The translations under genes and the position numbers were made by a program. The notes beneath the pieces are model-generated. The model saw only the letters and a program-made list of their open reading frames with translations. It was not told where the DNA came from and searched no databases. DNA of 64,000 nt from Eledone cirrhosa (lineage: Eukaryota), in contig OZ024741.1 of the NCBI GenBank assembly GCA_964016885.1, forward strand, positions 150,536,001 to 150,600,000, given 5' to 3'. Positions 55,901-64,000 of this stretch are shown here, one piece after another (position 1 is the first letter of the stretch; each line of letters begins with the position of its first letter).

Positions 55901-56379
55901 TACCAGTTCGAGACAAGCTCTACAGACATGGGCGCCCGGGCAGGGACCCTGCAAAAAAGATCTGTCCGAGGTGCGTGCGAGACGAAGAAACCGTCGCGCA
56001 CGCATTCATACACTGCTCGGGCGTCACTGACCTGTGGGGATATGTAGAACGACTATTGTCGCGGGTGGGACCAATCCAGTTGACCACCGAGTCCATTGTC
56101 CTGATCAAACCGCCACCCTCCTTCAAAAACGAAGGAGAGGCGGTTTTCCTTTGTGTGATAGCTATGGCGAAAGAGGTTGTATGGTGGACAAGGTTGAAAG
56201 GGCTGAGGTCAGACACCTTTCTCTCCGGCCAACAACTGATTCTTTTTTTCAAATACCACTTTGGAAGAAGAATCAGGATGGAGAGAGAGGTGCTGTACCC
56301 CAGCAAGTTTTATGAAAGGTGGGTGAAAGTGGCGAGAATGGCCCGAGTGAATGGGCCTTCTCTCTATATCAGCCTGTAG
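52978..56379 (+). pseudogene. LINE ORF2 (APE endonuclease, RT, C-terminal Cys-His motif), disrupted
   Basis: NVRGL, SYLDR, SDH, YWKLN, KSPGLDG, LDQSKAFDRVDH, AYADDV, CPRC..ET..H..HC. Confidence 0.93.
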
Positions 56380-56618
56380 ATTGAGGAAAAGGAGGAGGAG
56401 AGGAAAGGAGTACAAGCTCTTCGTACTCCTGAAGATGAGGGTTGCACATTTTTTTCGGGGGTATGTGTTACCCATATAAACTGTCTCCCTCTATTGGGGA
56501 AAATCGACTAACTTTTAAATTCCATCTGTGATAACATTTTACACGTTTTTATTGTATGTAAACATCCCCCTTTGTATTTGTCCCCTTCTTTTGTGCCCCT
56601 GTGGCTAATAAAGAAATA

Positions 56619-56677
<59 letters not shown>

Positions 56678-57383
56678 CTATATATCCTGTCTCTCATTCT
56701 CTCTTTCTCTCTCCACACATACACACACTCACACACAGTCACACACACACACGCACACACACACATATATATGTATTATATGTGTATTGTTTGAGCTTTT
56801 TTTATTCCGTATAATTCCTTTTCTTTATTAGTTCTTTATACTTGGTTTGGAATAACGGCGACCTAGAATCCATAAATCTGAATAATCGTTTGAATAAGTC
56901 ACCACGTGAAACTTATAGTTACGATTTGTGAATCTTTGTCCTCTAATAAAGTATACAATCTCTGCTTTAATGTTTTGTGTAAATTTTTCTTCGTCTGGAA
57001 ACACAAGCCATCAGTAATCCATCTATACATCTATATATACATTACACATACATACATACATACATACATACATACATACATACATACATACATACATACA
57101 TACACAAAGCATATAGACATGCACACATACAACTCAAAACATCCACATCCACACATACAATAACATCCATACCTACACATGCAGACATGCACACATAATC
57201 TACCTAGTTGATGTTGTGTAGATTCCAATGAGAGAGTCTTGTATCTATGTTAGAAACCGACTCTCTCTCTATTGGTAAACATTTGTGAAATTATAAAACC
57301 AGAAGAACATACATACATACATATAGTCTTATAATAATAGCGAGTATAAACGGAAAAAAATTGGCACACACACACATATATAA

Positions 57384-57494
57384 ATAATTGTTTCTACTTT
57401 TTGGCACAAAGCCAGCAAATACCCCAGTGTATTACTGGTACTTTATTTTATCGACCCCGTAAGGATGAAAGGCAAAGTTAACCTCGGCGGGATT
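57384..57494 (-). mobile_element. 5'-truncated SINE
   Basis: 2222 family core and tail. Confidence 0.85.
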
Positions 57495-57634
57495 CATTTA
57501 TTTATGTTCATACACGGAACATAGGCACCCCCCTCTCTCTCTCTCTCTCTCGCTCATACACACACACACTCTCTCTCTCTCGCGCACACAAACACACATA
57601 CACGAACGTGTATATATATATATATATGTATATA

Positions 57635-59222
<1,588 letters not shown>

Positions 59223-59335
59223 TAAGAGGAATTCCAACTTTTTCTGATTTACTCGTTTTATTTACAATCCTTTAAAATATATATATGGTATTATAATGAA
59301 ATAGTATGATAGAATATTAAATTCTAAGTGTTAAT

Positions 59336-59374
59336 TGAACAAGTACTTTCATGCTTTCGCAATCTTCAGGTTCA
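59336..59374 (-). ncRNA. Minimal hammerhead family F, CUU triplet
   Basis: tgaac-CTGAAGA-T-TGC-gaaa-GCA-T-GAAA-GTA-CTT-gttca; palindromic stem III AGTACT. Confidence 0.8.
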
Positions 59375-59678
59375 TGATATGTGGTGACAGTCGAGTTTGC
59401 AATTTTCAACTGTTATGAGATGGGTAAATTTACTACCTTTTATACATTTTATACAGAGAAAAGTGGCTCCAGAATGCAAAGCCCTATAAACTGTATTTCG
59501 ACCAATCAGTGTGTAGTTTCACTGAATTACTACAGCTGATTGGTTTAAGCGTCACGGCTGGTTTAGCATGCTAACGACCAATAGTCATACCCAACGTATC
59601 AATTGTTTTGCTTTTTGAATTGATGAAAATAGCATTTTCTATTAATCATCACCATCAACATCACTTTTATTATTATTA

Positions 59679-61369
59679 TTTGTCGTGGATGGATCTGTCG
59701 GGAATGGCGCATGTCTGCGCCTCTGCCACCAGACCATCAACGACAAGCGCCAACCTCTTTGCTAGCACCTTGGCCAAAATCTTGAACTCTGTGTTTAGCA
59801 GAGTTATGGGCCTGAAATTATCTATGTTATCCCCCTTGTTCGGATCCTTTCTCAGCAGCGCTACAGCTCCTCGGCTCACAGAGCTGGGAATTCTCCCGTT
59901 CTGTTGCCAGTTGCAGTAGATGTCCGCCAAGAGGCCCCCGAACAAGTCTGGCATCTGTACGTAAAGTTCATAGGGCAGACCATCCAAACCAAGCGATTTA
60001 CCCCTTGTGCAGCCAGTCATTGCCTCCCGTACTTCAGCGGCTGTTATCGGCTTTTCGCAACACTCCGCATCAGTGGCCGAGAGCTGCGGCAGTTCATCGA
60101 GGTAGACACTAAAGTCCATCCCTTGATCCGACCCGCCGCTTCCCCCGAACAGCTGTGCGAAGTGTCGCTGAAAAGCTTCACACATTTACCCGGGATCGAG
60201 TAGCATGCGCTCGTCGTGGTCCACCAAAGACCGGATCGTGGCTTTGTTGCCACGATGCGCCTCCGCTACTCGGGCCCATTGAACGGCTTTCGTCCCCTCG
60301 TGTCTGAGAGCACGCGCCCTAGCTCTGACAACGCAGCCTTCGTGCGTTGCATTGAAGAATTGGTCAAGGGCCAATTTCGCCGCAAGCACGTCGGTCGCGA
60401 TGTCTTTGCTAAGCGCCTCGTCTAATTTCCTAACTAATTCTCCCTCTGCTCTATTTTTCTCTATTGCTAAAGCCTTACTAAACCTAATGGACTCTATTCT
60501 AATCGCTCTTTTCAGAGCAAACCACCACCTGTTGTTGACGATGGCCCCCGTCAACGCCCGCTTAACTAGTTCGCTAATCCGGTCTCTCTAGGCCTTGCGC
60601 GCTGGTAAGGACGCGTTTAGCTTCCAGTAGCCGGGTCCTCGTCTATGAAGCCTATCTAAGTCAAGCACACTGATCACGAATTTGTGGTCCGTGTAGCTGA
60701 CTATCTTGAATTGTGGACAGCCTATGCTAGACCTATCTATTTCTCTACAAAATACTCTATCTAGATATGATCTGGATACCCCATGCGATTTGTACAAGTC
60801 CACATTGGCACATTCGGGAAATCCAATCGGTACCTGTCAGACAGTTCAAAACGCCTGAGCAGGTTGGTGAGGCTCTTGCACCCTCCTTCCCTATCCGTTA
60901 ATCCCACACAGTCCCAGCGTGCATCTAAGATGCCATTCCAGTCGCCCACTAACACTAAAGAGCGGGACGTTCCAAGAAAGGTCTCCAGACGCCGGAAGAA
61001 ATCAGGCCGCCCTGCTCCTGTCCGGGCATAGACGGCCACTAGCCTGAAAGCTTGCCCGTCTCCGCTGGTCACGTCTAGCACCACCAACTTACCTTCTGGG
61101 TCCAGGAAGATGGCCCGTATGGCGAGATCAAAACCTCTCCGAAAAAGCACAGCAACTTCTCCCCCCCCCCCCCGATCCAGGACGGCTGGGAGATGCGTAC
61201 ACATCGTAGCCGCCGAAGATCGGTGCGAAGGCCCGTGCTTCGGAATTCTGGTCTCGCTGAGGGCCACTACATCTATGTTTAGTGACCTGAGGTCGTTGAG
61301 CAGGTGGCCCTGCTTCCATGACGACCCCAAGCCACGCGCATTTATGCTGCCTATTCTGAGTGAGGTCAT
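59679..61369 (-). pseudogene. LINE ORF2 N-terminal part (APE and start of RT)
   Basis: NARGL, GDWN, TDH, YWKLN, NFRPITLLN.EFKILAKVLA.RL. Confidence 0.92.
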
Positions 61370-61403
61370 GTTGAAATGGAGTGGAAAAGATGGGAAAGAC
61401 CAC

Positions 61404-63358
61404 TTACCTTACTTCTCGTAGAGGAAGGATGGTTTGTCCATCCTTTTCACTGCTTGTGGCCTCCTCCGGAAGGATGTCCTTATAAATCCTCCTGGAGAGT
61501 GTTTGTCGGAAGTCTCCGATGTCTTTGGGGAATTTTTGTTTTAGAGTCGTGTACGTTTTCTGTGTGATGCGAGTGATTTGTATGTGTGGAGGTGGTGTGA
61601 ACTTTTGGGTTGTTGTGTAGTCTTTTTCTGTGATGCTGGTGTTGTGTTGCATGTAGTGTAATAATTGGTTGTTTTTCAAATTTAATGCTGTGTAGTGTGT
61701 ATCGTTTTGGTTGTTTTGTTTCGTTTGCGTTTGTTGTGGATTTGTTTCTGTTACGCTTTTTGGTGACTTTTGTGATGTTGGTGATGGTGGTGTTGGGGTT
61801 AATGATGGTGAAGGTGTTGGTGTTTGTGGTGATGGGGTTGGTGCTGCTGGTGTGGATGGTGGCATATCTGTCTTAACTTTCTTGTTCGATAATTTGTTTG
61901 TTTCCCTCTTATTTTTTTTTTTGAGGGGGAAGGAAGAGAATTTTTTCTTTTTTGGTTTCTTTTTTTTTTTTTCCTGATACCGTTTCCCACTCCTCGTCGT
62001 CACAATCTGTCTCCAGTTGCGATAAGCCGGGGAGTGGAAAATCCTCCACAGGCGTTGGTTTTGGTTGTGGCGTGGTGGATGGTGTAGGCGCTGGTGCTAG
62101 TTCTGGCGCGTTGGGTGGTGGGGGTGTTGGTTTTGCTACTGTTGCTGGGGTTGTTGCTGTTACAGTTGCTTCTGTTGTTGCTGCTACAGTTGTTGCTGCT
62201 ATTTCTGCTGCTGATGGTGTTGATGGTTGAGTCACTGTGGTGGGTAAGAGAGGTGGCCTCAACCCTTTAGCCTGAGGGCAGAAAGCCCTTAGGGCGGTTC
62301 CTTCACTACAAATGACACACCTAAGTCTTCTGCCCTCGACGATTACGGTGAGGTGGCTGCCGTCAGTGAGGTCTATTACCTCTGGGATCTCTTCAATGCT
62401 TTTTTCGTCCGCTTGGATCAGGAGCTCCATCCCAGATCCAGACCAGTTCTCCTGCTTTTCTTTTGCTATTTCTATTATTTTGGTGTTGGCCTCAATGCCG
62501 GCGAGGACGGCAGCCATTAGCCAGGGAATTTCGATGGCCGGTGGAACGTGGGTCACCTTGATCTTCACAAGTCTCTGGCCACAATAGCTTGGGACGAGTG
62601 TGAAGTCGGCACTTCTTAATGGGGCTATGGAGTGTTCTCTAGCCTCCTGTGGTGCTTCAAAGAACACGTCCACGGTTCCATACTTCTGCCCACGTCTGAT
62701 GTTTTTTTTTGCCCACACATGTCCCAAAGCTTTTTGGATTTGGGACTCAGATGCCCGTTCCACTCGGCGCGATTTTATGTTTATTGTCCGATAAGACACG
62801 GTGCATAGGCGACATTGCTCCATTTTATTAGGTGGGGGTGGGGGTGGGGGTGAGGCTGACCCTGTACCCATCTTTCTTTACCATTCCTTTGGCTTCGTCT
62901 AATTCTTCCTGAGTTACCTGAATCGCTTCGTACGTTTTTGCTACTCTGACAAAACTCAGGGTAGTTTTCTTAATTTCATTGTTGCTGTTGTTATTATCGT
63001 TATTTTTGCTATTGTTAATTTTAGTTTCAGTTGTGGTGGTGGTGGCGTCAGTGGTGTTCGGTATGGAATAGTTCACTTTGGTTGAATTTATTTTGATATC
63101 ATGAGTTAATTTATTTTTTTTTTATTTTGTTTCTGTTGTCGCTGTGGTGATGGTGGGGGTGGTGGTTGTCGCGGTGGTGGTGGCGGCTTTAACACCTGCA
63201 GTCATTGGTAATGGCAGGAAATGAACGTCTGCCTGAGACAAATTTAAAATATTGCTACTGCTTACAATTCCAGTGTTGGCAAACGTAGCAATGTTTACAA
63301 TGGTGGTGTCGGTGTGAGGTGTTGGATTGTGAGGAAGGAGTGAATCTGAGTCATCCAT
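61404..63358 (-). pseudogene. LINE ORF1, frameshifted
   Basis: VEGRR.RC..C......FCP decayed knuckle; FPKDIG motif shared with the other ORF1. Confidence 0.8.
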
Positions 63359-63597
63359 TATTTTTCAAAGAAAAAATATTTTGTTTGATAATTATAAAAA
63401 ATTTAAAGTTTGGGTTCAAGGCCCCAATATTTTTCAGTGTCCTTTCCAGAAATCAATGTATGTGCACTTATATATAGTTAACAATAAAAATTTTCCATAA
63501 ATGGCAATTTTAAATAACTGAAAATAAACCTTTGCGGAGCTCACGATGATACGATTCACTACGTAGGTCGCCAATAATAATAATAATAATAATGATT

Positions 63598-64000
63598 TCA
63601 TTTATTAGCGACAAGGGCCGACATGTAGGGGACAATACAAAGACAGGGACAGTGGGGGTTTACAATAAGGTCGAGTAAAAGTGCACAATGGCAAGACTAA
63701 TTTAACAATGAAAATATAAAATATAAAATAAACTATGCAAAATATAACAAAATAAATTCCCCGATAGGGGGTGGACGACCCTGGGGTGATTCGGGTACCC
63801 CACCAATCCTGAACCACCCTGCGATTCTAGGGCACCCAGGAGAGCACCCCTCTCCTCAAGTTAGCTAGCCTATAGGCGCATGGTCAGAGTAGGCCCATTC
63901 ACACGAGCCATTCTCGCCACATTCACCCACCTTTTAGCAAATGTACTGGGGGCAGCACTTCTCTCTCCACCCTCACCCTCCTTTCCAGGTGAAACTTGAA
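63598..64000 (-). mobile_element. 3' end of another Tx1/L1 LINE
   Basis: RVEREVLP..WVNVARMARVNGPTLTMRL*, 3' UTR, AATAAA. Confidence 0.88.

Larger units (their letters stand above)
50833..56617 (+). mobile_element. Near full-length Tx1/L1-clade LINE, inactive
   Basis: ORF1 with zinc knuckle; ORF2 APE-RT-Cys; AATAAA at 56607. Confidence 0.92.
59679..63572 (-). mobile_element. Tx1/L1-clade LINE, 3'-truncated within RT
   Basis: ORF1 63358-61404 and ORF2 61369-59679 homologous to the 50833 element. Confidence 0.92.

Overview
AT-rich, microsatellite-saturated animal DNA with no supportable host gene; the SINE types suggest a cephalopod such as Octopus (inference). It holds three Penelope-like retroelement (PLE) copies (RT plus C-terminal GIY-YIG, two families), two large and two fragmentary Tx1/L1-clade LINEs, RTE/CR1 remnants, tRNA-derived SINEs and Helitron-like ends. 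The main hidden signal is about 35 type I hammerhead ribozyme (HHR) motifs, read by eye, in roughly 15 or more families of short non-coding elements. These insert into (TA)n as tandem arrays, partial tandems and fold-back inversions, i.e. a PLE-dependent retrozyme-like population, including a 5 x 465 bp array. Five families carry a compensatory U3-A8 core instead of C3-G8; others have long stem II insertions, AUA/CUH triplets or mismatched 10.1-11.1 pairs. Both long Tx1 elements have a splice donor overlapping the ORF1 stop that could fuse ORF1 to ORF2 in frame. All folds are manual and untested; most ORFs in the track are microsatellite artefacts.
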